DNA from: Atractiella rhizophila
Taxonomy: Eukaryota
Length of the DNA: 53,850 nt
Direction: 5' to 3'
NCBI GenBank assembly: GCA_021432655.1
Contig: MU271488.1
Span: forward strand, 1-53,850
Part shown: positions 39,063 through 51,957 of the stretch, one piece after another
Numbering within the stretch: the first letter of the stretch is position 1
How the letters are laid out: every line of letters starts with the position of its first letter
Notes under the pieces: model-generated
Databases searched by the model: none
What the model saw: the letters and a program-made list of their open reading frames with translations, nothing else
Told to the model about the DNA's origin: nothing
Made by a program: the position numbers and the translations under genes

Positions 39063-41303
39063 TTCGAATCAGTCCAACGCAACGGTACTACGGTTGCCTA
39101 TCGCTTGGCTCAAATCAAAAGTTCGCGGTCTGTTAATCTCGTCTCACATGCTATCTTAACCCTGCGAATGAATAGCGCCGTTTCGCTGGCCGGGACTCGA
39201 TGAGCACAGATCCATCGATTGTAATACCACTCGAGTACCACTCCACTCCAGCGAAGTGGTGCTTTACGCCCGATCGATGCGAGTTAGATAATGCCAGCTA
39301 TCTGGAGTTGCAGCTTCCATTTTTCTATAAATTTTCTCCCAAGGCATCGTAGAGTCAATGCTGTGTGGGGTACGACTGTGTGGTTCGAGGCATTTTGTTC
39401 TCTGTCAAGACAAAACGGTTCCAGGATTGTTTTGGTAAATACATAAGCCCGACATGGGACGGGATAGGATAGGATGACAAGACAGTGGATGTGGTGGGTA
39501 AGTCAGTCTATGGCTGGCTTGCACGACGGATAGTGGGAGCACAGATCCTACGGAAATACATATGGTGGCACGTAATGGAATAGAGGAAAGAAACGGATCC
39601 CAAAAACTAATCAAGATGAACCGGCCCAACGTGAGCGTGTTTTATTTTGCCCCTGAAAGGGAACTCCATTAAAGTGAAGAAACGATAACTCGCGACGTTA
39701 ATGCTTGGTCAGGCGACTACGACAGGCTCCGTGGTGACCTATGATGTGACTGTTAAACAAGGCACGAAGGATGGTAGGAGAAAGACTGACAAGCGACGTC
39801 AGGAGAAACAGAAGTGACGATCAGGAATCCACTGTCCTTCCACTTCGGAAGGTCCCTAACGTTTGGCCGCCCAAAGCGGGTTATGTCTACCATAGTGGGT
39901 ATTTGGCAGTCGATGACATGTGCCTGGACGGCGGAAGGGAGGCAAGGTTTGAGGTGAGGATTGAGGGGTAAGATGCGCTGGGTCACCACTTCGCTCGTCC
40001 CGTCCGCATAGGTCAAGTACTGGAACGCATTTCCGAGTAAAAGTTCCTTAGCGTGGGTTCCCCAGTCGTTCCTGCAACAACACCCATGCCATCCCATCAG
40101 CCAGATCGAACGATAAATAGACGACGCAGGGTGGACTCGGACGAAAGGAAGGAAGGGAGACGAACCGACTGTGGATCGTGATGCTAGCTCTCGAAGGGTC
40201 GGCAGCAAGTTTGTTAGCGTGCTCGATATCTCGGTGTCTGTCGTGCACGTATCCGTGGCGCTATACACATCATCCGGGACGCGCCGATGAGCCCAGAAAA
40301 CATCTGTGCATGGACAATTGAGACGACGTACGCTAACTGCGACCCACTACATCCAAATTCCAAAATCAGGACGATGGAATCGAGAATTGAGGGGAAGAAA
40401 GGAAGCATACGTGAGCAGTCTCATGTACGATGCAAGCGAAAGCGAAATAAGCCGCGAAACACCTCGTTTCCTCATCGTCTCCAGCCTCTATTGCATCCTT
40501 CAAAATTTGGTGAATCGTCCAGGGGACGAAGACAGAATCGTAAGGGTCGACTGGAGAATTGGAGGCTGTCGTCGTGATGCTCTTTCCGGCAGAATGGATG
40601 CTATTTCCGTCCGAATCTACCCTGGCAAACAGTCCATACGGCTTCATGGTGCCTGTCAATGAGATGCGATGTACGAGAACGCGACAGAAGAGAGGATAAT
40701 ATTCAGATATCAAACTTGATTCGGGGAGTAGGAGACTCACCTTGAGCGAGCACTACCTTCGGTGGTGATTGAAACATGTTCTTCACCGCTGCATCGAGCT
40801 GATTATCCATCAAATAATCCGACATCCCGCCAGCAGGCTCTTGGCCCATGAACGCAGTCGCGTAGGCGTAACGTGCTTCAACAGCAGAGGAGTGATCCGA
40901 CCCAAGGAAAGAGTAGAAACGTTGCTATCAACTCTGTCAACAAACTTGAAAAGCAAGACTGTTAGGACGATTGGACTCACAGCGATGCCTGCGACGGGAC
41001 TGTCCACCCACCGAAAGTTGACGAAGTCTCGGGAAGCAAGAAGCTTTCCTGGTCTTGGAGCGGAGCTGATCATACTGCTTGGGGCTTGGAAGCTTGAAGT
41101 GATGAGGAATAGAGTGATTGGAGAGATCTCGAGAGGGAGCGCGCAGGAAGCGTTGGGTTAAATAAGGGGCAGATCCCGAAACCCTGGAGGAAGGGATTTT
41201 GAAAGAGAACCATGAGGGTTACGGGATCAAACTTAGGGGCTTTCAACGCCCATTTAAGGATCTGGAAACCAGAGCGCTGAACTGAGGAGCACCACTGAGC
41301 ATG
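39063..41303 (+). repeat. Copy 2 of the 2.24-kb tandem duplication
   Basis: Starts TTCGAATCAG (as 36820) and ends CACTGAGCATG (as 39061). Confidence 0.97.
39698..41073 (-). CDS. HExxH-motif protein, copy 2
   Basis: Same exon structure as copy 1. Splice sites are preserved despite SNPs (GTAAGT/GTGAGT, CAG/TAG). Confidence 0.7.
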
Positions 41304-42440
41304 GCAGGGTCCAGGGGCAGAGGAGAGCATGTGTTTGCGGTTCTGCTGAGTAGTGACTGTCAGGTGGAGGCAGGGACGAGGCAGAGAACCATTGCGGTGG
41401 ATGGGCTGAGCTGAGTTTGCGAACAATGCCAATCTGGGGTACCCTTTGTTTGGGTCAATATGTTGAGATAGCCATGGAGGATTGAGATTGAATAATGGTT
41501 CGCAGTGTTGCACATGCTCGTGCTTTTCATTTGCTTTCACAAGCTCAATAATTTCATCTTTCGGGGAAAGAAGTCAGCTTCTGTTCCGAAGAGGAAAGGG
41601 AAAGGAAGATCCAAGAGGACGTCAGACAGGGTCAAAACAATTTTCTTGAACGCCAGAAGTCGTCCTCGTGTCAACCAAACAGCTTATGAATCCACAAACC
41701 TCTCACGAATCAGCTGCTCTGATCGAGATGCGTTCTCGATCTCAGTTGGATCTCAGTCAAGTCAAAGGACTTCGACGGCCAAACAGCGGGGGACAGAATT
41801 CAGAATATTCAGAAGGTGGGAGCTTTCGGCGGAAACGATTGGAGTTGAGCACCACCGACTCCACGATGTGTTGTTCCCGGACGAGTCTCAGGATCAGTCT
41901 CAGGATGTCCGGCTGACGCTCAAGCTCACGCTTTATCCTCAGAATTGCTAAGAGACACGCTCAAGCCTCGTTGGCCAGGCTGAGAGCTCTCATGTCAGAA
42001 TCAGCATTGATTCATTCAGCATGCTCTCCCACTTGATGCCATCGTTGCGCAGGAGTGATAACCAGTGCGAGCCTCGGTGATCGAAAGCCAAAAAGGAAGC
42101 TTCCGCTGCTCGGGTCGTTGAGACAGCAATATTATAAGTGGACGTTCGAATACGTTGGAAGTCGGTTGAACCTGAAGCGAATCAAGTGATGAAGAAGGGC
42201 AAATGGCGGTCTTAATTTCCCCCACGCAGAACGCCGGGGCACGTGATCTCACTCTCCCCACGGCTGCAGAACTTCAATGGCTGTTGCTCAATTTGCAAAA
42301 GATTTCTCAAGCGGGAAGATCGAAATCATCTAATCGCTGCATAAAAGGCGACGCGCCATCCTCCAATATTAATATTCACATTCAAAGAATAATATCACGG
42401 ACGGGTTGCAGTGACGCTGCGATTTCTGTGATCTCGCACG

Positions 42441-45400
42441 ATGGAAGGGAAGACGATCCCGATCGCCCAAGGTTGGAAGTGGAGAGCCGCGAATAAGGGC
42501 CCTGAGGAAGAATGGAGGGACTGCTTGCACTTCCCTTCTGAGGTCCATGTCGAGCTTTTGGAGAGGGGATTGATCCCCGATCCTTTTCGAGGTTTCAAAG
42601 AACATGAGGTTCAGTGTCAGTCTCTCCCAACAGCCGTCAGCGCTCCAAGGGTAAGAAGGACAGGCTGATGTAGACATCAATAGGGATATCTCATACCCCT
42701 TTCTCATATCGAACCACCCTCTCCCCTCCTCAGTTGAAAGCCGGAGAGAGGGCAGAGCTTGAGTTCGAGGGCCTTGATACGTTCGCTACCGTCTATTGGG
42801 ATGGCAATAAAATTCTGGACGCCAACAATATGTTCAGGACGTGGAAGGTCGACATCACGTCCTTGCTTCAAGCAGCGAGGAAGGATGTAGAGCTTAGATT
42901 GGAGTTCGAGAGCGCATGGGAGGTCGGGAAGGCGCTTGACGGAGAATACGGCAAGGTGCGCCATCACGCTATCGTAGCTCGAGTTTGTTCAACCTGCTAA
43001 TTGACGAATGTGGTGTCTGCGATCGAATCGATATAGGTCAGAGCTGGAAGCACCAATTTGGGCGATCCGTCACGAGTTTACGTGAGAAAAGCCCAATACG
43101 GTTGGAGGTCCGTCTTCCTCTCCGCCGTCTGCATTCGTTCGCGCTGAAGAAAACAAAATAGGTGGGATTGGGGTCCCGAACTCATGACGGCCGGTCCCTA
43201 CCGCCCTATCTCCCTTCGCATCTACCATTCCCGTCTCTCCGACGTGCACGTCCAAGCTCTCGGCGATCGGCAGCTCAATGTCTCCTTCTCCATCGATGGT
43301 GCTCACTCCGACCTCAAATCCCAAATCGCCGTGTCCTCCGTTGTGGCCTCGAAGGCGAAACAGCTCTTCAAGTCCTTCGATCTCCCCGTCGTAAACGGAG
43401 AGGGGAAACTCAAACATTCTTTCACCAAGGACGAGGTCGACCTTTGGTTCCCTTTCGGATACGGCGAACAGGCCTTGTATAACGTGCAAGTCGTGCTCCT
43501 CTCCAAAGATGGTGAAAGGATCCATGAAATCACTAAGACCGTTGGATTCCGAGATGTCAAGCTCATCCAGGAGCCTTTAGAGGAAGCCGATCAGTATGGG
43601 AAAGGCACGACTTTCTTGTTCGAAGTCAACGGAACCCGCATCTTCTGTGGTGGCTCTAATTGGATACCGGGAGATAATTTCTTGACAAGGATGACCGCGG
43701 AGAGGTACAGGGATTGGCTGGAATTGATGAAGAGAGGCAGTCAGAATATGGTGCGCTGTCCATTCAATCCGTATTTTCTCTCTCTTTAGCCACAACTGAC
43801 GGAGCTGTGAATAGGTCAGGATTTGGGGTGGTGGGATCTACGAACCTGACATCTTCTTTGACATTTGTGATGGTACGTCGCTACCTCTTCCTTAGATACG
43901 CAAACCTCATGATTCTTGAACCTGCGACGTGTAGAACTCGGTATAATGGTCTGGCATGATTTCCAATTTGCCTGCGGAGTCTACCCGAAATATGAAACGC
44001 GAGTGTATCCCCAATCCCACTCTCTCGCTTCCTCCGATGCCCAGTCGACCTTCGGCGAGAACGTGAGACAAGAAGTCATCGATAACGTCAAGAGGCTGAG
44101 GCATCATGCCTCGCTCGCTATTTGGTGCGGCAACAACGAGGTACGTCCGCCTACAACCCTCTAACTAACATGGCTGAATGGCTAACTGAATCTCCCCCAC
44201 TAGGACTACCAAATGATCCTTCAGTGGGACCTGTCTAAGGCTAAGGACCCAGAAGACTTACTACCTGCGAGGAAACTGTATGAGCACGTCTTCCCGGAGC
44301 TGGTTGAGAAGTATATGGGCAAACAAGGAGAAGGAGGCGTGCCTTATTGGTTTGGATCGCCTTACGGTGGGAAGGGATGGGACACGGCAGACCCTACCGT
44401 TGGAGACGTGCATCAGTGGGATATCTGGGGTGGAAAGGAAAGGCCGTATCAGGATTACGACAAGATGGGTGGGAGATTCGTTAGGTTCGTCCTTTTCGTT
44501 ACAAACAGAAAAAACTATTGGCTGATATCACCTGGTAAATTAATTTGTATTTTTCTGGAGGACAGCGAGTTTGGAATGCCGTCTTTCCCTGTCATGCGCA
44601 CCATCGACTGGTGGATGGATGGCGCTCCAGCGAAGGAGTACTACGCCCAGTCGCCATGGATTCAGCAGCATGTTCGTGCTGGAGCTTTCGAGAGGAGGTT
44701 TGCGATCGCCATGTGTGAGAATTTCAGGGTGACAGAAGACCTCGAATCGTAAGTCATCCTCTTGGATTCTCGCGTTATCTTGAGGAATGGGCGGCACACG
44801 AGCTGACCAAAATCGGTGTGGTGTCGACGGACAGATATACCTTTCATACGCAAGTTATGCAGAGTGATGCCGTGGGACACGCCTACGCGAGTTGGAGGAG
44901 AGCCTGGAAAGGAAAAGGGAAGGAATTCGTAAGTCCCTTATCTCAATCGGAACGAGGGTAATAGAGCAACATCTAGACGTCTGGGGTGCTTGTATGGCAA
45001 TTGAATGATTGTTGGCCTGTCGCTTCTTGGGCTCTCGTAGATAGCTTTGTATGTCCTTTATTCCGATTTATCGCGAGCGAAAAACTGAAATCGGCGCAGT
45101 TGAGGCCGAAGCCTGCATTTTACACTATCGCGAGGAGCCTTGCGCCAGTCGCAGTAGGGATTCTCAGAGAGGTTGAACAAAATCGACCGCATGATCGTCC
45201 ACGCCAGGTGCGTTCTCCTTTCGTCAACTTGGGTAGAGCTTTAACATTGTGGACTCAGTACTATGAATTTGGGGCAATGCGGTCCGTTAGTGCGACCGTT
45301 GGGATTTGGGGCACCACTTCTCTTCCCATCTCACAGGACGTGACACTCTCCCTGTCGTTTTACGATCTGCAGTCCTCCTGGCATCACTCTGTTACGCAGG

Positions 45401-45831
45401 CGGTCACTCTACATCCTAATCAAAGCACCGAGATCATCTCCCTTCCGTGTCCCTCTCCCTCTCGCAAGAATCCCACGGACGTCGATCCCTCTGCCACAGT
45501 CGTTGTGAGCGCAAAACTTGTTGCCAGGGATGGAACCGTCCTAGCACGCTACACCGACTTCCCTCAACCCTACCGATATCTTGAGTTCCCGGACCCTGGA
45601 GCGAAGATTACTGTCGATTACGATAATGGGACAATCGAAGTTGACGTGCAGAAACCGGTCAAGGCACTGTTTTTGGAGGCAGAAGGAGTGGATGGTCGGG
45701 AGGTAGAATGGAGCGATAATGCTATAGATGTCGTACCTGGCGATAAACAGACGCTTAAGGTGAAAGGTCTTAGGAAAGGTGGATGGGTGAAAGCTCAGTG
45801 GATGGGGAAGCCAAAAAGCTCAAAAATTTGA
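42441..45831 (+). CDS. Glycoside hydrolase family 2 beta-mannosidase
   Basis: FEGLDTFA, RKAQY, WDWGPELMTAGP, FCGGSNWIP, VWHDFQFACG, LRHHASLAIWCGNNE, GDVHQW, SEFGMPS, LVWQLNDCWPVASW. Confidence 0.95.
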
Positions 45832-46218
45832 TTCCTGTCCTGTTCTAACATGTTGTGACAAATAAAGAAATAAGACATCTCAACACCTGTATTCCGTTTA
45901 TTGAACTTAGACCGCAAGATCGCCGTCCGCTTTCTGAATTCTGTCAGGTACAGCTGCAGTCCCAAAGTGGTTCCACTTTCATTCGTTTGTTGGGGTTGTG
46001 TTGTGACCTTGCGCTTGTTTTGTCTGCTCCGCGAAGGAGGATAGGCACCACGAAGTAGCAAGGAACGGAGAGGCTTAGTGGGGAGTACGCTTGGGCGGTG
46101 ATAGCGCAACGGACAGGAAAGAAGGGATTCATTACATCGTAAGGGGTATCGTTCAGAACACCTGCCCCATTGCACATTCAACAAGCGTTAGGATGTTGAA
46201 AGCGGACTTCCTTACCAA

Positions 46219-46875
46219 CTACCATCCTAATCCTAGGTACACCTTGAAGCCGACTCCTCTCAAAGAGACATCTATCTCTTCGGGTATCCTCTCCCTCCAG
46301 CTCCGTGAGCGGAGACCTCTCATACCGCGACCATTTTCCGCGTCCGAATGCGAATGCGGCCGCTGCGACGTTTCAGAAGGAGGGGATGGCATCAAGGCTC
46401 GGGTCGTAGATTTGAACAATCGCACTAGCGGAATCTGGGAGATTATGGAGGAGGACTGTTCTCGGGCGACGGGATCGTCAGCAGGGGGATGTTCGGATGA
46501 GCTGGTGTAAGTGGCGTTGCGGGATAGAGAAGAAGAAGGATTGAAGCTGAATGAGGCATTATTGGCCGACGGTGGGAAGAACTCCTGCAGCGAAGACGAG
46601 CTTCCAAACCAGCATCGCTGAATTCTCTCTTGGGATGGTGATGATGAAATATTCATGCTTGAGTTTGAGACAGCCAATGAGAGGGAGGAACATGGGGAGG
46701 AGGAGCCTATGTCGAGCCAGCATGTGCTTGAGAATATTCCAATGAGGAGGAATGAGCAATAAATGCAGGGTTTGTGTTGGAGGCAAAGCGAGATTAGGAA
46801 GAGGAGGACGAAATAATGCGGATACTGAGGGAAGGGCAGGAGCAGAAGCAGGAGGAAGTAGCGGAGGCAATACAT
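46219..46875 (-). CDS. BC10/BLCAP-family membrane protein with a Ser-rich extension
   Basis: MYCLRYFLLLLLLP...HKPCIYCSFLL resembles BLCAP (MYCLQWLLP...RKPCTIC). Single coding exon. Confidence 0.8.
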   Translation of the reverse strand: MYCLRYFLLLLLLPFPQYPHYFVLLFLISLCLQHKPCIYCSFLLIGIFSSTCWLDIGSSSPCSSLSLAVSNSSMNISSSPSQERIQRCWFGSSSSLQEFFPPSANNASFSFNPSSSLSRNATYTSSSEHPPADDPVAREQSSSIISQIPLVRLFKSTTRALMPSPPSETSQRPHSHSDAENGRGMRGLRSRSWRERIPEEIDVSLRGVGFKVYLGLGW

Positions 46876-47560
46876 CCTACACTCGAGAATATCAGCACAT
46901 CATTCTTGGCTTAAAAACTCTGAAACCAGCCTGGTTAAATCTGATGTTGGTACGAGAAGACAATCACAAAGCTTTTCAGTCCGAACAGAACCAAAGAATT
47001 ACCACACACAAGAACGGCGGTTTAAACGCAGCCCATGGGATACATACGGGATAGATTGTGATACACCAGAAAAGTTGGTAGGAGGAACTGGGGCTTCCTT
47101 ACATAGCGCATACGTACAGTGGACTGTCAACCCCAACTCTGCTATAGGGCAGACGGAAATGAGACTGAGGATTAGGCATTTTACGGGTGAACGTCAGTTT
47201 CATCGTCTGAATGACTTCGATTACTAGTATTGACGACAAGAAAAGTCTGAGAGAGAAGGAACAGAAGGCTCTGGTACGCTTGAATGATGAGACTGAGAAA
47301 AAGCTCACTTGTTAGTCCACAAATCGTTTAAATAGAAGGGCGGGAAGGCTGTCTTATATGCCTCTGGCTCTGTACGTGATTGGAGAAATGAGAGCGCAAG
47401 GTCGTAGTTGTAATAAGATACGTAACAGTGGCGGTGCAAATGTGCCCATGTCTGGTAACTCACGTGATATAAGGACGTGGGTCATTCTTTATTCTTATTT
47501 CATTTTCAACAAGTGCTGCTACATCTTGTAGTAGTACACATCGCCAATAACCTTAGCAAG

Positions 47561-49091
47561 TTAGTGCGTTTGTTTCATAGAAGCAACCTCTGCAACCTGG
47601 GTTCCCAACTCCTTCTTCACCTCTCCCCACGTAAACTCGCTCTCTTCCATCAACTGTTCTTTATCCATCTCAAACCCAATCAACGTCTCGAGGCATACGC
47701 GTCCGCATCCAGGTTCGAGCTCCTTCACCTTTTCGGGAGAGATCTATGCCAATGTTTAGCGATCCATGATGGGAGGGAAGGCGTAGCGGGAGAGGCGCAC
47801 AAAAGATCCTCCCGTCCGGCCAGCGAATACCATGTGCACTCCAGCGGCAGATATGGTGCCGTTCCTGCAGCTACGGGCGAGGTGGAAGAGGTGTTGGGTC
47901 TCCATCTACGTCGCCGGGATAAACACCGTTTCATTAGCAAGTTTTTTGATACTCAGGCAGGAGGAAACATTCTGAAGGAAGCATACCTCGAGCGTGGAGA
48001 CAGAAGGATGCTTCGCTTTCAGTTTGTTGAGGAGGTCTTGGTTGGAGTCGTTGAAAGATGCGTCTTAAGACAATTATCATTCCAAGCAGTGAATGGAACG
48101 GGGAGACCTACCAATCCGTCCTCCCCAAAGACAAGACTGTAAGTAAGGAAGTTTCCGGTTCAACGTGAACACATACCCTGAGATGAATAAAAGGAATCTG
48201 CAGAGGCGTGCGTAGCTCCGATCTGCACAATCTGATCTTTTCCCTCTCCAGTGAATTCAGCTTTCACGTTCTTCCCCAGCTGAGAACCAATCAGCACAGT
48301 ATCAACCAAACAGAACACACTAACCAGTTCCGTCAGCTGGGGATCTGCATCCACCTGTTCCCAGTTTTAGAAGTCTGCTTTGACCAAGAGGGAAACCAAT
48401 TGGACTCACAGTCCCGCTGATCAAATAAGGGTCTCCCTCCGAGTTCGAGGAAGAGAAGTAATCATAGTTCCTCGTCACCGCGAACGCGCTCTTCGGTACG
48501 CTGAGTGCTCCAGGAGGAACTTCGTCAGTGAGTCCTCCACAGCTTCCGAACCTGTTCTGATACTCATTAATTGTGTATACGATTGAGCAACGTGGAGAGA
48601 TGAAACGAACCGAATGATAGCCATGTCCCCATTGACCACTGCTCGCGCTTCGCGGACGAAGAAGTCTGTCATCGGGAAGCCCTGAGAAAGTTGGTTCAGA
48701 AAATGTGGGGCAAAATGAAAGAGACAGGTGATGTACCATCCCTGTTGCACAGATAGAGATTGGGACTCCTTTATACTTCCCAGTGAAGGTAAGGAACCCT
48801 CTCTGAGAAAGCACTTCGATCGGCTTGGGATCCTTGTCCAGATGGACTGAGATTCGTCGGGCTCGCACAAGATCTCCTGCAGCGCAACACATCAATCGCT
48901 TTGAAAGAGGACATCAGTATGGAATGAACGACGTACCAACTATCAGAATTCGGTTGGCGAGCTCACCCGTCTTCAGGGACAGGTGGTAGACTCGTCCTTC
49001 GCCATCGCGAGCTTGATCGCAAGGTTAGTGAAGTTTGGAGCATCGATGAACTTCACATACGAAAGTTGGCGTCTGCAATTTGGTGTTTCAT
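47561..49091 (-). CDS. Purine/uridine phosphorylase family protein
   Basis: MKHQIADANFPRDGEGRVYHL, ANRILIVGD, SQRGFLTFTG, GMGFPMTDFFVRE, RFGSCG, ADSFYSSQG. Confidence 0.9.
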
Positions 49092-49094
49092 ACT

Positions 49095-50879
49095 GTGTTC
49101 CCCCTCTTCATGGCGAGAGTCAAACTGTCAGAATGGGTGCGACATAGCCGAGTACTTCTTTTCTTATGGTCGGAACCGGTTATGGGTCTCTCGAAGGAAC
49201 TGCGCCTCTCTTTACAATTCTTTTCTCTTCCGCTTTGGTAACTGCATCTGCCACTCCTTCTTCCTTTGCCGCGGGTTCTATTTCTCCTGAGGTGCGAAGC
49301 GTGCCAGGTAAAATTTCCTTTAGCGCCAAATAGTCCTAACTTGACCTACGACTGCCCTCGGTCCACGTTCTCCCGTCATCACTAGACATCGTTGTCAATC
49401 AGCACCAGAAACTCAACAAATCGTTTTCTTTACCCAGACCTGACCGTAGTCCCACACCGCGCTTCCTCGTGCTAGTGCACGGTTTACGCGTTCAGTTTGC
49501 ATTGTTGACTATTTCTTATCCTCGCTCATTGGTTTTCGCTATACCTAGTAATCCCGTTAGTGTCTAACCCGTAGAAATTAAAACATGTTGTAGACACAAA
49601 ATCATTGGATCCTTAGTAAAGATACGTATTCGTCGCAGCCCTTCTCCTTTACGGTAAACAAATCAACGTTTCCGACGGGTGTACGTCCGTGTTTATGAAA
49701 CGAACATGATACCCGTAGAGGGTGTTCTAACTCCCTAAAGTATTCCAAAAGTGCCTTTGCGTCTTGGTCGTCTCCTTATTTGTCTTTGGAGCATAATGGT
49801 TTCGTTGTTTCACATTCAAAATTTAACCTAGTTTCCTCTTTCTAACCCTGTCGGTTGTCGGTAGGTACGGCTTGCCAGACAGGCAGACAACTTTTACATG
49901 ATTCACGAGGTTTAATAGTTCGGGTCCTCTTTTCACATCTTTAGTATTGGGAATATACGAATAGTAGTTAAAACCCCGAAGTTCCCAACTCTGTCGAACG
50001 TACGCCTACGATCGGGTTGTGGAGAGGACTTTACATTAGTTTGGAACACTGCTTTACTTTCCCCTGAGCCTAAAGCTTCAAATATAACTCCAAGGTAGGC
50101 GTTTCCCGTCCTGCTACTCAGTGAATAGTCTGAGACCTTCCGGGACGTTAATAGAAGGTCGAAGACTCGAAGTGGATACGCCGAGTACAGAAGGAGAGTC
50201 CTGTTATCGGAGGCAGCAGAGAAGCGGCACACTTTCCGTGTCTTGGAGAGGGTTTTTTCTTTCTCTCTGAGTGTCATCAGTCTGGGTACTTACATTTCTG
50301 TGGTAATTTGGTCCGAGGTTGCTTTAGCTATCAGAGACGTAGCCGCAAGGTAGGTCGCATTTAAAGGTTTGACTACTTCTGCTAGTACGTATCGTGCTTC
50401 CTCTGGTCAGCAGAGCAGGCGGAAAAGCCGCAAACAAGAAGAAAAAAGCGGAGTTGACGGATCTATTATATTTCTCCTTCGTATAGGGTTTATGTAGTCA
50501 AAGAAATCGCTACACTCATTTCTTACTTTCCTGCTTGCCCACCTAACTCGAACATCATTCGGGATCGCCTCCAATACCGTAGCACGTGCGCTCTCGCAAC
50601 TCCCGTTACTAACCCTCCCGCTACCGCAACCTGTCAACCAACCTATCTATACCTAAGTAAAACACCGTTAAAACTAACTCGCAAAACACTTTCCTTCCCT
50701 CCCTCCCAGCAGCAAAGAGCCGTCCCTATGCATGCATTGCCATAAATATTTCATGCCCCGCCTGCTAAAGTTCTCAGTTCAATAGCAATAAAATGGCGGG
50801 CGGCTTTGTTGCTGCGAAACACGAGGGCTAAATAGCTGATCAGGAACGCTATTCAGGGACCTATTCCTAATTCATTTGC
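49095..50879. other. Mirror segment: sequence reversed without complementation (probable assembly/gap-fill artefact)
   Basis: No coherent gene in the six normal frames. Plain reverse and plain complement readings give ORFs with canonical introns, an ATG in good context and a TATA box. Confidence 0.9.
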
Positions 50880-51452
50880 NNNNNNNNNNNNNNNNNNNNN
50901 NNNNNNNNNNNNNNNNNNNNNNNNNNNNNNNNNNNNNNNNNNNNNNNNNNNNNNNNNNNNNNNNNNNNNNNNNNNNNNNNNNNNNNNNNNNNNNNNNNNN
51001 NNNNNNNNNNNNNNNNNNNNNNNNNNNNNNNNNNNNNNNNNNNNNNNNNNNNNNNNNNNNNNNNNNNNNNNNNNNNNNNNNNNNNNNNNNNNNNNNNNNN
51101 NNNNNNNNNNNNNNNNNNNNNNNNNNNNNNNNNNNNNNNNNNNNNNNNNNNNNNNNNNNNNNNNNNNNNNNNNNNNNNNNNNNNNNNNNNNNNNNNNNNN
51201 NNNNNNNNNNNNNNNNNNNNNNNNNNNNNNNNNNNNNNNNNNNNNNNNNNNNNNNNNNNNNNNNNNNNNNNNNNNNNNNNNNNNNNNNNNNNNNNNNNNN
51301 NNNNNNNNNNNNNNNNNNNNNNNNNNNNNNNNNNNNNNNNNNNNNNNNNNNNNNNNNNNNNNNNNNNNNNNNNNNNNNNNNNNNNNNNNNNNNNNNNNNN
51401 NNNNNNNNNNNNNNNNNNNNNNNNNNNNNNNNNNNNNNNNNNNNNNNNNNNN
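50880..51452. other. Scaffold gap (573 N)
   Basis: Run of N. Confidence 1.
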
Positions 51453-51563
51453 AGGGGCGAGATCGCCACTGTTTTCTCTTACGAAGAGAAGTGGGCCCTC
51501 GTTGAGGAGCAGAAGGTTGTCGAGGAGGATGTCGATGTCGAAAGAGCGGATGAGAAGAACTGA
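51453..51563 (+). CDS. C-terminal fragment of a gene whose body lies in the gap
   Basis: RGEIATVFSYEEKWALVEEQKVVEEDVDVERADEKN* followed by UTR-like sequence. Confidence 0.6.
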   Translation, partial: RGEIATVFSYEEKWALVEEQKVVEEDVDVERADEKN

Positions 51564-51957
51564 ACGAGGACTAGCAACATTTTCGATGGACAGTGGATAG
51601 TCACTCCTTACCATTTTGTTGTCTGAACCGAAGAGCTTCTGATACGTGGTTACTTCCCAGAAATCAATAGCTAGTTGTACAATATTGCGTTTGAGCTCTG
51701 CTTGAAATGAAGCTTATATCTCCCTATCATCTTGATTGTGGTTGCGAAGGTTGAAGGAATGAATTTGAGTAGAACTCAGGATGCTGCTGACTGTTTTACA
51801 GTTGATGGATTAAGAGTAATCTTGGCCGAAATTGGGACGACAGTGGCTTAAAGCGGGTATGTGAATAGCACTGCCAGGACTGAAGAAAGATGTGATAAAC
51901 AAAGATAAGCTAAGCACAACACAACAGCACCAAGCACGATTCTACTGTAATAGCGAT

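Noticed and set aside
50853..51614. Long ORFs in the ORF track spanning the gap
   Set aside because: They consist of X residues from the N run.
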